From a virus (lineage: Duplodnaviria; Caudoviricetes), in IMG/VR virus record IMGVR_UViG_3300025706_000001, positions 1 through 64,000 of that record: a stretch of DNA of 64,000 nucleotides; one strand, given 5' to 3'. The notes beneath the pieces were generated by a model that saw only the letters and a program-made list of their open reading frames with translations, was not told the origin of the DNA and ran no database searches. A program made the position numbers and the translations under genes. Below, one piece after another: positions 47,118-58,016 of this stretch (positions are counted from its first letter, which is position 1; every line of letters starts with the position of its first letter).

Positions 47118-48977
47118 TTACTTCGTCAGTTCCTCGCGAGCGATCCGCTTCGCTTCCTCGTAGGCCATGACCTTGCCGGGGTTCTTGCTCGCGTAGTCGG
47201 TCGCGATCTTGACGGCTCGCTGGTTGATCTTCTGGGACATCGCGTACTTCTCCGGCGATCCCAAATCTTCTTCCGTCTTCGGGGCGTCCCCGGTCGGGAT
47301 ATAGACGCTGGCCTTGGCGTGCTTCTCGGCGTAACGCTCAACGTCGGCGATGTGTTTCTCGAACTCCGCATCCGTCATGCTGCCCTTCTGGCTATACAGG
47401 CATCGTTCCAGTTCTTCACTGGCGTCGATGAACGTCGGGAAGCGGCTTTGCAAGTCCGAGATTTTGGCGCGGCGAGCGTGATTGGCGTTAACTCGCTCCA
47501 ACTGCTGAATGCGAGCGTGCATGGTGGCCATGTCCTTCAGGGCCTCGTTGTGCGAGCGCTGAAGTTGGGTGTACTTTTCGACAACGGCATTGCCTGAAGT
47601 GCTCATGGATCGTTTCTCCGGTTCGGGTTCCTCTTCGGTTGGTGCCTCACCGGACGGTTCGCCTTCCGGTCCAGGCGTGGGTTCGGGTTCTTCTCCTCCG
47701 CCAAGGTCATCGCCTTCTCCGCTTCCAAGGGCGTCCAAGTCTCCCAGGTCGTCGCCTTCGGGCGCGATTCCGAGGCCCTGGTCCATCGCTTCGTCGCCGC
47801 CCTGGTCGAGTCCGCCTTCTAGGCCCTCGTCACCTCCCAAGCCCGCGCCACCGCCCTGAATGGCCTCAATGAGTCCATCGGGCGTCTTGAATGCTTCGAG
47901 CAGCTTGGTCAGGAAGTCGAACTGGGGAGTCTGCGAGATTGCGTGAATGACCTGCTGAAGGTCTTGCGGTGCCAGCATGGGCATGGCGTTATCTCCTGTT
48001 GATTGGGTAATGGGAGTCGCCTTGCCAGCCGGCTCGGCGGCGTAACGGTCTTTGGATTTGGGCGGTGGAATCGGGGGGCCAGCGGATGCTGTTGGAATGC
48101 GAGAGGTGACATTCGATCGAGGCGATGAAACGCTGCCGATTTTCTGCTTTTGCGTTATGGCGTTGCGAGCGATGACTGGAGGCTGTTCGTCTGTTTCCTG
48201 ATGCGGATCATGCCCCCAAGCATACTTTCCTTCCGGCTGTTTTTTAGGCTTGCGCTGATCGCCAATCATCGACGGCACAAACGTGTTCCCGCCCGGCGAA
48301 GCATAGTTGCCGGCAAAGGTGTACTTCTCCACCGTGGCGTCTTGGTAGGCGAACTGAGTGAATCGCTGCGGAAGCGGAAGCCGAGGTGCCTCAGAGCCAA
48401 TGGCCGCGATTGGGTCAAAATGCGCCCGGCCATCCTTGAACGTCCAAAGCTCGACCGATCGGCGGGGCTTCTCTTCCCGAAGCGTCTTGACGTGCTCTTT
48501 CTTCTGGTACTCGTCGTGAAAGACGGCCCAGCGAGGCTTCTTGTGGCCGATCAGACCGAGCCGATAGTTCCCGGCGTACCCAAGGATCGGCGGTTCACGC
48601 TGAGTGGGGTCTTCCGGGTTCGATGTGTGACCGTCGGAAATGGCTGGGAACGCGCCCACGTCGGAAATGCGGTCGTTGTTCCCCCGAACGATCTTGGCAA
48701 GCTCTTTCAGGTCGTACTTGCGGTGCTCGCCCTTGGCGGTGGTTGTCTCGTGCTCGGAGAATACGCAGATGCCCTTGTCGAGTTCGTACCGATCGGGGTT
48801 GAACTTGCGGGCGGCCATCTTCTCAGCGTCGGTCGGCCCCCGGTACTGCCCCCACATCGACCAGACCGCTTCGTTGAACTCTTCCGGATCAACGCCCTTG
48901 GCGAACTTGGCACAGCGAACGGTGTAGCGTTCGAGTGATTCGTTCTGTTCGGGAATCGGTAACTTGATCGTTGACAT
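47118..48977 (-). CDS. Mu gpI-like prohead protease fused to scaffold
   Basis: N-terminal domain with candidate catalytic His (DGHT) and Ser (RRSVEL); acidic Gly-rich linker; coiled-coil C-terminus; upstream of the capsid gene. Confidence 0.75.
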   Translation of the reverse strand: MSTIKLPIPEQNESLERYTVRCAKFAKGVDPEEFNEAVWSMWGQYRGPTDAEKMAARKFNPDRYELDKGICVFSEHETTTAKGEHRKYDLKELAKIVRGNNDRISDVGAFPAISDGHTSNPEDPTQREPPILGYAGNYRLGLIGHKKPRWAVFHDEYQKKEHVKTLREEKPRRSVELWTFKDGRAHFDPIAAIGSEAPRLPLPQRFTQFAYQDATVEKYTFAGNYASPGGNTFVPSMIGDQRKPKKQPEGKYAWGHDPHQETDEQPPVIARNAITQKQKIGSVSSPRSNVTSRIPTASAGPPIPPPKSKDRYAAEPAGKATPITQSTGDNAMPMLAPQDLQQVIHAISQTPQFDFLTKLLEAFKTPDGLIEAIQGGGAGLGGDEGLEGGLDQGGDEAMDQGLGIAPEGDDLGDLDALGSGEGDDLGGGEEPEPTPGPEGEPSGEAPTEEEPEPEKRSMSTSGNAVVEKYTQLQRSHNEALKDMATMHARIQQLERVNANHARRAKISDLQSRFPTFIDASEELERCLYSQKGSMTDAEFEKHIADVERYAEKHAKASVYIPTGDAPKTEEDLGSPEKYAMSQKINQRAVKIATDYASKNPGKVMAYEEAKRIAREELTK

Positions 48978-48992
48978 GGAGTTACGCAAGCA

Positions 48993-50204
48993 TTAACAGA
49001 GCACCAATGAACAACTCTCGTCTTTGGGTCGGGTAGTGTCCCGGATCGTTTTTCGCGAGCCGGTCGATCCCGTTGCACGCTCGCCGTAGCCGGCCACGTT
49101 AGGCAACGCCGGGCGCACTACCGCCCGGTGCAGAATGTTCAAGGCAGCGTTGTGATCGCGGCCCAGAACAAGCCCACAACTTTGACAAGAATGAACTCGT
49201 TCGGAGAGCGACTTTGGAACCCGATCTCCGCAGCGCGAACAGTCCTGTGACGTATAACGAGCATCGACTGAGACCAACTGACCACCGGCGCATTCTGCCT
49301 TGTAAGCCAGCATAAATCGCAATCGACCCCAGGCCGCGTCGTTGATTGACTTCGACAAATGCGACCGAGTGAGGCCTTTGATGTTCAAGTCTTCGACGGC
49401 AATCAAGTTGAATCGACGTACCAAGTCCGCCGATACTTGATGCAGGTACGTGCTTCGCGTATTGCGGATTGTCTCGTGAATTCGCTGGACTTTCGCCTTG
49501 GCTTTCGTGCGGCCGTTACTGCCTTTCTGACATCGCGAGAAGGCACGGTGGGCAACTCGCAAGCACTTCTCTGCACGAGCTGTCGGTCGAACGTTCGGGA
49601 TGCTTTCACCAGTCGAAAGCGTCGCTAACGATGTCAGCCCCACATCAATGCCAACCTTTGTCACAATCGGCTTTTTTTCTGGCGATGGAACCCGCAAAAC
49701 CAGGGCAACTTCCCACTTGTTGTTCGCTTTTCGCTTGAACGAACACGACAAGATTTTTTCGTACTCGGGAAGCGGACGGTGAAGATTGACTCTCAATCCA
49801 CCGCTAATGCCTTTGACTCTCAACTGCTTGCTAGTCAAGCGAACTCCAATGAATTCATTGAAGGCAAACGTTCTAAAGCGGTGATGACTACGAAAACGAG
49901 GATATCCAGCCTTGTCATGGCGGTTGACTCGACTGAAGAATCCGGAAAATGCACGATCCAAGAGCTTTAATGTTCCTCGCTGAATACTGAGTGGAAGCGA
50001 CGCCATTTTGCTGTCATTGGATCGCAGGTAGGTTAGCCACCGGCTTTGATCGACATACGAAACGTACACGCCGTAAGTTTCGTAGGCAAAAGTTCTCCAA
50101 CTTAACGCTTCGTTGTACAGCCACCGTTGCTGGGACAGGATTGAGTCAAGCTCAGATCGCTGTTTTACGGTGGTTCGGAGTTGGTAACGGTACGTAATGA
50201 TCAT
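48993..50204 (-). mobile_element. tnpB: IS200/IS605-family TnpB RNA-guided nuclease, no tnpA
   Basis: YRYQL HTH, GYPRFRS, RuvC GIDVG / AVEDL / RDHNAALNI, CSRCG..CQSCG Zn finger; hairpin aggtcgcc/ggcgacct at 50226-50257 upstream. Confidence 0.93.
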
Positions 50205-50303
50205 TGTTTGGGCGTCAAAAACGAAAGGTCGCCGCACGTTTTTACATGGGGCGACCTCTCGTCTATGAGTCGGTCTGTAAGTTGAATGGCAGCTTCGCGC
50301 CGC

Positions 50304-50558
50304 CTAGCCTACGGGAACGTGTTCCTTGATTCTGAACCGGTCAGTGAACTCCACGCCGTCGTGCTTCTCGGTCGCGTTGGCATTCATCACGCGGCCACGG
50401 ATGACCTGAAACTGGATGTTGGCGTCCAGGTAAAGCTCAGGGTTGCGGTCGATGCGGCTCAAAAGTTCTTTTCGGAACAATGCCCATCGCTCGTCCAACA
50501 GGGATTCGTTGGCCAGTCGTTGCGTTGCTCGGTGACCGTTTCCGTTGTTTCCATTCAT
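50304..50558 (-). CDS. hypothetical protein
   Basis: 84-aa ORF between the polyprotein and tnpB. Confidence 0.55.
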   Translation of the reverse strand: MNGNNGNGHRATQRLANESLLDERWALFRKELLSRIDRNPELYLDANIQFQVIRGRVMNANATEKHDGVEFTDRFRIKEHVPVG

Positions 50559-50592
50559 ACTTCTGGTAATATCGCTATCTACGGATAGTGAG

Positions 50593-53500
50593 TCAATGGA
50601 CTTTTGACCTCTTGGGGGCACTATTTTTGCGTGCTACCCGTTGGGGTGGAGAAGTCACTTTGTGGTAGTAGGCGGCGTGAACGGCGCTGTAAAGCTCGAC
50701 GGCGGCGTCGTGGCGTCTGGCTGTAAACAGGGTTGGCGACTTTGCTTGTGCAGACTTTCGTTTCTGTTCCTCGGCTTTCAGTCGCTCGACCTCCTCGGTC
50801 TTTCGTCGTGCCTTATGAACAGCACCGATTACGTCATCGAGCCAGGATGTTTCGGGCTCTCCCAGCAATGATCGTCCGCCAATGTCTCGCCGTCGATCGG
50901 ACGCTGCTTTGGCGATCTCGTGGAAGAGTGTTCTAGTGGCTGGTGAGCTGAAGCCTCCAGTCTTGTTTTTGGAGGCATACATCTCTTCCAGTAGTTTTTG
51001 CGTAACTCTGTCCACCTCTTTCCCGGTCTCAAAAAGCGCCCCCTGCCTTTTCGTTGCGTCGCGAAGCTGCTCCAGACTCTTTACGCCAGGATTGTTGGCG
51101 ATAAATTCAAACGCCTTTTCTAGCGGCTCAGTGATTTGAGATCCGATGCGAATAAGGTGCGGAAGAGCGGTGCCAATCGCATTTTTCAGGCTCCGGGTCT
51201 CGGACCCCTTCTCAAGCACTTGTGGACGAATGAAGCGACTGAGAATCATGTCTTCCACAAGGTCTCGTCCCGATTCGTGTAGTTGGCCGTTCGTTCCAAA
51301 GAACTTGTGGTAGCCAGCAGTGTTTTCAAGGCGATCTCGTAACTTCTGCACAATGGGGTGATTCTTTGCTTTCAGTACCTGTCCAATCGTTGTCTCACCA
51401 GAGACTTGGCCAGCAAGGTCGTTTAGGTCATCTTGGCTCAGGACCGTTTTGCCAATGGACGCAGCCTCACGAATAGGCATCTCAGTTTGCCGTGTTTCCT
51501 TGTTGCCAATGGCGGCGAACTTAGCGAACTCGTCACTCCCAGATCGGATGCCTGGATGGACCCGAACCAAGTATGGATGCTCCATTTGTTCCATCTGCTT
51601 GATCTGTTGGTCATCGAATCCATACTGCTTAGCCTTGGCAATGACGGCATCTTTGAGCCACTTGTAGTCACCTTTTTGCGCTGCGATTAGGGCAGTGACT
51701 GCCCTTCCATTGCCGTTACTTACTTGGCCGTGTTCATCTACGGTGGATGGCCCAGCGAGCGCGTCTGGGTTGTCTGTGGTCCAGTAGGCAGAAACCTTAT
51801 CGTCGAGGTGACGTAGGACTTTCCTGTGGTTCTCGCTGCCAGGGCTGTAGTCTCGTGGCTGCGCGTCCGGGTGCTTGTACTTCGGGTTTGGTGAGATCAC
51901 TCCTTGCGCGTCGGCAATGTGCGACGGCTGTAAGTCTCCAATGTTTACGACGGCGTAATGGGCGACTACCGGATTGATTCCTTCTCCGTGGATTTGCGTG
52001 GCACCTCCGGTGACCATAGGAATCGGCTGTCCTTCAGGTGTTCCACTTGATTTCAGAGTTACTCTCGCTTGGGTTGTTTCCGTCGGAACCGATTGCGACT
52101 TCTTCTGCCTAGATCTTGGCGGGGCTTCGCCTCGCTCAATCGCCTCAGCCCGCTCCCGGCTCTGCTTTGCCCGCAATGACTTGGCGATGGCGGTGTCACG
52201 ACGTGTTTGGGCTTCTCGTTCAATGTCTTCCTGAGACTTAGTTTGCGCAGCAGTCCGTCCAGTCTTTGGCGGCTTCACTGTGGGCGTCCTGCGCTGTTCT
52301 GCCCCTGCGGACAAATCCGGGTAGTCGATCATCCCGGCCGCTCCGGGTTTCGTGCGAGTTATTCGCCCGGCGTTGTCGGCCTTAACACGCGACTGGACCA
52401 TCTCATTGCCAAGTTGGTCGGCTTCAGATGCCGTCAAGGCTCTCGGTGGGGCCGGGGGCCTTGGGCCGGCAGGCTGACGAGTCTGTTTGGGCGTCGCAAC
52501 CGCGCGGGCCGTCTTTGCCCCGCCACGACGACCGCCAACCAGACCGGATGCGATCGCGCCCAGCACGTCAGATCCGACCGAAGGTGCTTTCTGACCCGAT
52601 GGCATCTCGGTCCCGCCGTAGGTTCGGTGAGGGGATACGTCTATGGCCAAGCCGTACTTTTCCGGTCGGCCTCGTTGAGTGAACCGCTGCTTCCACTTGG
52701 CAGGCGTGAAGGTGAACCAGCGAATGGACTCCATCTGCTGCTTACCGGTTGAACGTGGCGGCATCTTGATTTTGAAGATCAGACCGTGTTTGGTGGCAAC
52801 GGCGTGGAGCTTCTTGAGTTCGTTGATGTCACTGGATTCCCCGGTGTCCAATGCCCATCGTTCATTGCCTTCAAGCGGCGGTTGTCGTGGAGGGGCAGGG
52901 TGACCTGTTGGGGAGTCAGGGATGGTTTGCAGTTGTTCGACGGGTGCGGTGAGGGCGTTCTTGCTTTCCAGTTGAAGCAATGGTCTTGGAGCGAGCTTGG
53001 CCCGCTTGGTTGCAGCCCTTTTTTCTGCAGCTTGACGTGATTTGATTTCCTTGATGGCTTTGTCTCTGGCGATTAAGTCGGCCTCAGAAAGTCGCTCAGG
53101 CTCGGCCTGCGGCTTCGGCTGCGGGAAAAGATGCGGGAACATCACTTTCATCACGTCGTCAGCGAACCTCTCGGCGGCATCGCGTAGGTCTGGGTTCTCT
53201 CGCTTCTGTCGAATCTTGGAGAACGTCGGATTTTCGCGGAGCGTATCGGTAAGCCAACGAATTTTCATTGCCACCGTTTCAGGTGTTGGTCTCCACGGAA
53301 GAGACTTGACTACATTGGACCTAAATTCATCATCTACAATTGATCTGAGTTTCTTGTTTTTGTGCCTAGACATGAACTTCAGTTGATCGCTCCCTAAGTC
53401 GGCCTGGAGTACAGAAGAGATGTCTTTTGGCTCCCAGCCGGCTAGGTGTGCTTCCATTATCCATTGGTCAGTGTCTGGCCATGTTTTCATTTCTTCGTGA

Positions 53501-56061
53501 ACCAAAAAAGACTCGCGATTCAATGCCTCCTGTTTCTGTTGGCGTCCACTTGGCTCTTCTTGCGCCAACAGAACGTCGGCTGGATCGGCTTCGCGTGAAA
53601 CAGCCTCTCGTCCTCGAATCGGCTCGTCGTCGCCAGTGTATTCTCCTATGCCTGTGTCCGAAGTTTTGTCGGTATCCCAGGGATGTCGCTCAACGTATTG
53701 TTTAACGTAGTTGTACAGGATGCCTTGGTGATGGGTTGAAAAACTTGCTGGCTTGCCGCTTTTCTTTCCAAGTTTCGTTGGATCGTAGCTGTCGGCCGCA
53801 ATCTCAAAAGTTCCAGGAAGTGGGCTGCCGTCTTCGCCTTCGCGTTTGGAGACCAGCCTGTCGATGGCATTTGTGTAGTTCGGGAACTTCTTCTTCATGT
53901 ACTCGATGCTAGGCTGGATCTTTTGCCAAAGGAATGTAGTCGCTGGCTTGTCGCCTTGACGATGTAGCCTGACGAGTTCAGCGTGCGGAATGGACTTTAG
54001 GTCACGCGGAGGCGTGAACATTTTTTGAAGCGGCGACGAAGCGGTTGCTGGTTGAGTTTGCGGATTTTCCGCTCTGGGTTTTGTGGTAACAGGTGCGAGT
54101 CCGATCGCGTCCAATGCTTTTACGTGCCAGTCTTTCCCAGGCGGCACAGATGCTGATGTAACTCCAAATGGCACATTATGCTCTGGCTTCGGAAGATCTG
54201 CGGACAGTGGGGCATCAAACAAACTCGTCTGTCCAGGGGTAGGAGCACGATCTTTTGTTTCCTTGACCTTGGTAGCGGCATACTTGTTTGCGCCGGACAA
54301 TGGATTTGGCGCAAATGTACCAGCCTTGGCCCCGGTCCCTCGTCCGTGGCGTGGCGGCCCATTCCCGACAGCGGACTGCAACTTCATCGGCTGCATCATG
54401 GTTGCGGCCGGAATGCCGTTGTTGAACCCCTCGAAGTCGATATGGTGTCCGGCCTGCTGACCTCCGTACCGCTCGACCTCGCCGTAGTAGGCTGCGGAGA
54501 ACCGTTGGAGTAGGTCGTCTACTTGGCAAATTTGGGTGTACTTCTCGACCACGGCGTCGGCGAACTGCTTGGCACTAGACGAGAGCGAGAACGGGCTGAA
54601 TCGCCGTGTTTTTGGATCGAGTTGCTGAGGTGGCGTGACGACTGGTCCCGTAGCAACCGGTAATTGAGGATAAACGGTTTCGTCTGCGCGTCCACCAATC
54701 ACTGGCTCTCTTGGCTCGGTGGGTGGTGTTGCTGTTGGCGGAGATGGCTTCAAGCCTTCCAGCTTGCCCTTTCCGACGCCTCGCTCAGGAAAAACGGCGT
54801 TGGCCAGGAATGATGCTCGCTTTCTGACGAGTTCTGGATCTACGCCGGCGCTGACGGCTCTTCTTACGCCCGTCTTCGTAGTCTTAGTGATATCCTTTGG
54901 GCCGTACATCATTTCAGACGCGAGTTCGACTAGCGGGTGATTCGCAGGGAGGTATTTCATCGCCTGACTTGTTTCTGGAGAGACCGCTTGCATCTCGACT
55001 CGCGTTCCACGACCTTGACGTGGCACGTCGGATGGGACGCCATGTTCAACATGGATGAAGCTGCCATGTTCCGGGTGATCCACATGGCTCAAGCGAAACA
55101 GTCGTCCTTCGTGCGCAAGATATTTGACAAGTTTCACGGCAGAGTCGGGTGGAAGGCCGTGAATGTCCTGGTTATGAATTCGGAACCAGTTTCCTAAGTC
55201 ATCTTGCAGTCCCTTGACGCGACGCTCGTCACTGAGTGGACGGGCCTTAGTGGTCTTGGTGACTGTTGTGGGTGCTTTCGTTGGAGGCGGAGCAATGGAT
55301 TCTCCGCCAGCAACAAGCGATTTCTGTGCAGTAGATGATGGCGTGTCTGCCGTCGTCACCGGGGCCATTTCCGGCATGTCCGGCAGTTTGTCTACCTTGA
55401 CGACGGCTGGCTCGGCTGGATTTTTGTCAAACCATGAGGTCTGGCCTTGCTGTGGTTTGCTTTTACGACTCGACTTACTGGCGTATTTTTGCTCACGCCC
55501 AGGATCGGACAGGTCGGGCAAACTGTCAAAGATCGACCTTGGCTTCTTCACGGCGTACTTGTCCATTGGTTGGGCACCTACTGCGTACTGGCTTTCGCCT
55601 GCCATCTCTGTAGCGATGGTCTCGTTTCTGGGGTCAATCTCTCTGTCCGGCGCAGGCGTCTCTGGCTTGGCCATCTCCCGTTCCCACTCTGCCTTCTGCC
55701 TATTGGACAGCATCTTGTGGCCTGTCCCCAGGTCGGTTTTGTGGGTTACGATGCCGGTGTCGTGGGCGTCTTCAAGGAACTTGGCAAGGCGGCCACCGTT
55801 GCGTCTGTGATTCAACGCGCCAAGCATGTTCACATGGTCGCCAAACAGGTACTCGATTCTTCGTCCATCAGGATACAGCATCTTGATGTACGGACGCTCT
55901 TTGCTCCCCGATGACAGGAGCTGGGGCGGCATGTCGGGGCGTTCTGGCTGCGGCTCTTCGACCTGACGGTAGCGTTCAGGTTGTCCGTAGTACGCACGAA
56001 ACACAGCGGTGCAGAAAGAACTTTTGGTCATGGCTTGCAACCTGAACATCAAGTGGGTCAA
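50593..56061 (-). CDS. large polyvalent protein with sigma-factor-like (~53250-54000) and ddrB-like ParB (~51480-51980) domains
   Basis: ELVRLHRQGD..AADSYDPTK..FSTH (sigma region 2-like); HYAVVNIGDLQPSH..QPRDY..VSNGNGR (ParB-like); long disordered linkers. Confidence 0.75.
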   Translation of the reverse strand: MTHLMFRLQAMTKSSFCTAVFRAYYGQPERYRQVEEPQPERPDMPPQLLSSGSKERPYIKMLYPDGRRIEYLFGDHVNMLGALNHRRNGGRLAKFLEDAHDTGIVTHKTDLGTGHKMLSNRQKAEWEREMAKPETPAPDREIDPRNETIATEMAGESQYAVGAQPMDKYAVKKPRSIFDSLPDLSDPGREQKYASKSSRKSKPQQGQTSWFDKNPAEPAVVKVDKLPDMPEMAPVTTADTPSSTAQKSLVAGGESIAPPPTKAPTTVTKTTKARPLSDERRVKGLQDDLGNWFRIHNQDIHGLPPDSAVKLVKYLAHEGRLFRLSHVDHPEHGSFIHVEHGVPSDVPRQGRGTRVEMQAVSPETSQAMKYLPANHPLVELASEMMYGPKDITKTTKTGVRRAVSAGVDPELVRKRASFLANAVFPERGVGKGKLEGLKPSPPTATPPTEPREPVIGGRADETVYPQLPVATGPVVTPPQQLDPKTRRFSPFSLSSSAKQFADAVVEKYTQICQVDDLLQRFSAAYYGEVERYGGQQAGHHIDFEGFNNGIPAATMMQPMKLQSAVGNGPPRHGRGTGAKAGTFAPNPLSGANKYAATKVKETKDRAPTPGQTSLFDAPLSADLPKPEHNVPFGVTSASVPPGKDWHVKALDAIGLAPVTTKPRAENPQTQPATASSPLQKMFTPPRDLKSIPHAELVRLHRQGDKPATTFLWQKIQPSIEYMKKKFPNYTNAIDRLVSKREGEDGSPLPGTFEIAADSYDPTKLGKKSGKPASFSTHHQGILYNYVKQYVERHPWDTDKTSDTGIGEYTGDDEPIRGREAVSREADPADVLLAQEEPSGRQQKQEALNRESFLVHEEMKTWPDTDQWIMEAHLAGWEPKDISSVLQADLGSDQLKFMSRHKNKKLRSIVDDEFRSNVVKSLPWRPTPETVAMKIRWLTDTLRENPTFSKIRQKRENPDLRDAAERFADDVMKVMFPHLFPQPKPQAEPERLSEADLIARDKAIKEIKSRQAAEKRAATKRAKLAPRPLLQLESKNALTAPVEQLQTIPDSPTGHPAPPRQPPLEGNERWALDTGESSDINELKKLHAVATKHGLIFKIKMPPRSTGKQQMESIRWFTFTPAKWKQRFTQRGRPEKYGLAIDVSPHRTYGGTEMPSGQKAPSVGSDVLGAIASGLVGGRRGGAKTARAVATPKQTRQPAGPRPPAPPRALTASEADQLGNEMVQSRVKADNAGRITRTKPGAAGMIDYPDLSAGAEQRRTPTVKPPKTGRTAAQTKSQEDIEREAQTRRDTAIAKSLRAKQSRERAEAIERGEAPPRSRQKKSQSVPTETTQARVTLKSSGTPEGQPIPMVTGGATQIHGEGINPVVAHYAVVNIGDLQPSHIADAQGVISPNPKYKHPDAQPRDYSPGSENHRKVLRHLDDKVSAYWTTDNPDALAGPSTVDEHGQVSNGNGRAVTALIAAQKGDYKWLKDAVIAKAKQYGFDDQQIKQMEQMEHPYLVRVHPGIRSGSDEFAKFAAIGNKETRQTEMPIREAASIGKTVLSQDDLNDLAGQVSGETTIGQVLKAKNHPIVQKLRDRLENTAGYHKFFGTNGQLHESGRDLVEDMILSRFIRPQVLEKGSETRSLKNAIGTALPHLIRIGSQITEPLEKAFEFIANNPGVKSLEQLRDATKRQGALFETGKEVDRVTQKLLEEMYASKNKTGGFSSPATRTLFHEIAKAASDRRRDIGGRSLLGEPETSWLDDVIGAVHKARRKTEEVERLKAEEQKRKSAQAKSPTLFTARRHDAAVELYSAVHAAYYHKVTSPPQRVARKNSAPKRSKVH

Positions 56062-56082
56062 AGAACTTCGTACCGAAGTCTA

Positions 56083-57669
56083 CTAGGACCAGGGCTTGTT
56101 GGATGGCGGAACCTTCTGTTGGGAATTATGCCGTTGCTGAATTCGCTGAGCCGCCATTCTCAATTCTTCGGGAATTCGTGGCTTGGAAGTTGCTGGCTTT
56201 GTCGCTGCTGGTGTTGGACTGGCTTGGGTTGGTGCGGCCGTTGTTTCGGAAGGCAGGAGATCTCTTAGGTGAATCCCGGTGCCTTGAAGCTGTTTGGCGG
56301 CTTTGGCTAAATCACCATAGGTGCCCTTGCCGGGCGGTGGAGGCGGAGGCGGGGGGGCGGCGGCGGCGTACTTGTCGTCAAATCTGTCTCCCGTGCCAGT
56401 CAGGGAATAGTCGATTTCTTCGTCTGGCAAGCTGTAGTTGAATTGTCCTGCAAATCCACCTTTCTTTTCCGCCGCGATCTGTTGCCCTGCAGATTCTTGT
56501 CTCTTTCGTTCTGCAGCACTAGGTGGCGGCGGCGGCGGAGACTTTCCTAGTTTCTGTAGTGTCTTGGTCGCCGGATACCTTGGCTTTGGCAGTGGTGGCG
56601 GCGGCAAAACGGTGCCCGTTCCGGTTAGGGAGTAGTCGATCTTTGGTGCCTGAACGGACACGCCCACTCCTGGCCCGCCTCCCGTCGCTTGTCTTGCCTT
56701 CATGCGGGCGACGTTATGCCTGGCATGTCGCAGCCGAGTCTGAACGTTGTTTTGTGCCGAATCGGTAAAGCCAGACGAGTCGGCCGTTGCAGCAGGTGGT
56801 GAAGCTGATTCAGGCTTGGCACATCCGCCGCCCATTGCCGACATGGCAATCCCCGCGCCCAGGGCCGCCTTCTTGGCCGCATCCATGATCCCGTAGTCTT
56901 CTTTGTCGGCAGTGACATGATCGCCTGTGCCGGTCTCGGAGTAGTCGGGTTTGGACGGATAGTCTCCAGCAAGCGTGATTCGAGTTCCAAAAGACGACAT
57001 CGGCCTTGGCTGCGCCGGGTACATTCCTGACGCTCCTTTTCGCTTCATCATGGGGTCGTCGTCAACGGAGCCCGTATTGGAATCACCAAGGGCGTACTCG
57101 AAATGCTTCTGCTCAGGGGTGTCTGGGATCGTTTCTGGCTGCGCAAACGTCGGCTTAACGTAACCTTTTGTTCCTGACGGAGCAGGCTGTCCTGCATGGA
57201 AATCTGCCTGATCTGAGTGATATTTGGCAAATCGCGCCGCTTCCAGGTCGTCCGTATTTTTGGCCAACGCGCCGAAATATCTTGCCAGTCCACTGTGCGC
57301 TTGTGCGGCATCCTTGTGCAAGCCTTTCTTAGACAGAAGCTCTGCCGCACGAAACAGATCGCCAGCGAGTGGGTTGTACTTTTGCAGAGACTTGCGGTTG
57401 ATGGCTGGCGTTGCTGTCGCCGGTGGTTTTTGTGCCACAGAAGGCTCGCTAACTGCTGGCGACGGTGCTGGTTCTGTCATCTTATTGAAAAGCGACGGCT
57501 GATCCTTCATCGGCTTGACGGCGTACTGGTCGGGCGCTACTGGGGCGTCGTCGCCGAGGGCGTATTTTGGCGGCGCATTCCCGCATGTTGCAATGTTGGC
57601 GAGGGTGTAGACCTCTGGCCCCACCCCATAGTACGCCCGCGCCGCGTCGTGAAAAAGATCGCTTGTCAT
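56083..57669 (-). CDS. low-complexity putative internal virion protein
   Basis: 528 aa; three DYS(L/E)TGTG repeats, poly-Pro tracts, N-terminal RAYYG motif; GGAG RBS. Confidence 0.7.
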   Translation of the reverse strand: MTSDLFHDAARAYYGVGPEVYTLANIATCGNAPPKYALGDDAPVAPDQYAVKPMKDQPSLFNKMTEPAPSPAVSEPSVAQKPPATATPAINRKSLQKYNPLAGDLFRAAELLSKKGLHKDAAQAHSGLARYFGALAKNTDDLEAARFAKYHSDQADFHAGQPAPSGTKGYVKPTFAQPETIPDTPEQKHFEYALGDSNTGSVDDDPMMKRKGASGMYPAQPRPMSSFGTRITLAGDYPSKPDYSETGTGDHVTADKEDYGIMDAAKKAALGAGIAMSAMGGGCAKPESASPPAATADSSGFTDSAQNNVQTRLRHARHNVARMKARQATGGGPGVGVSVQAPKIDYSLTGTGTVLPPPPLPKPRYPATKTLQKLGKSPPPPPPSAAERKRQESAGQQIAAEKKGGFAGQFNYSLPDEEIDYSLTGTGDRFDDKYAAAAPPPPPPPPGKGTYGDLAKAAKQLQGTGIHLRDLLPSETTAAPTQASPTPAATKPATSKPRIPEELRMAAQRIQQRHNSQQKVPPSNKPWS

Positions 57670-57680
57670 CGAAAAGCTCC

Positions 57681-58016
57681 TTATTCGTTTTGATCCTGGT
57701 AATAAGCAGTATACAACGAGGCGGCGAAGCTGCGAATAGCGTTCAGCGAGTGTTTTGACGGGCGGCCAGTGCTTCGCGAAGGTCGCGTGGGCTGGACTGA
57801 AGCCTCATCCTCGGACCCCTCCTGCTCTTGATCCTCGTCCGCGTCCTGGTCAGGCGTCTCCGACTCTTCTGAATCAGCATCGTCAGCCTCCATCTTTGAC
57901 AGCTTCGTATAGTACAGTGGGTCACTGGCTGAATGGTCGCGGGCGATTTCACTGGCCACGTCTTCGGATTCCGTGTGTTCCTTTTCGTGGCGTATTCCGT
58001 CTGTCAGTGCATTCAA
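57681..58016 (-). CDS. DUF5661-like protein, possibly 5'-truncated
   Basis: GIRHEKEH..ASEIARDH...DPLYYTKL; C-terminal FAASLYTAYY; TTG start without an RBS next to the tnpB end. Confidence 0.6.
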   Translation of the reverse strand: MNALTDGIRHEKEHTESEDVASEIARDHSASDPLYYTKLSKMEADDADSEESETPDQDADEDQEQEGSEDEASVQPTRPSRSTGRPSKHSLNAIRSFAASLYTAYYQDQNE

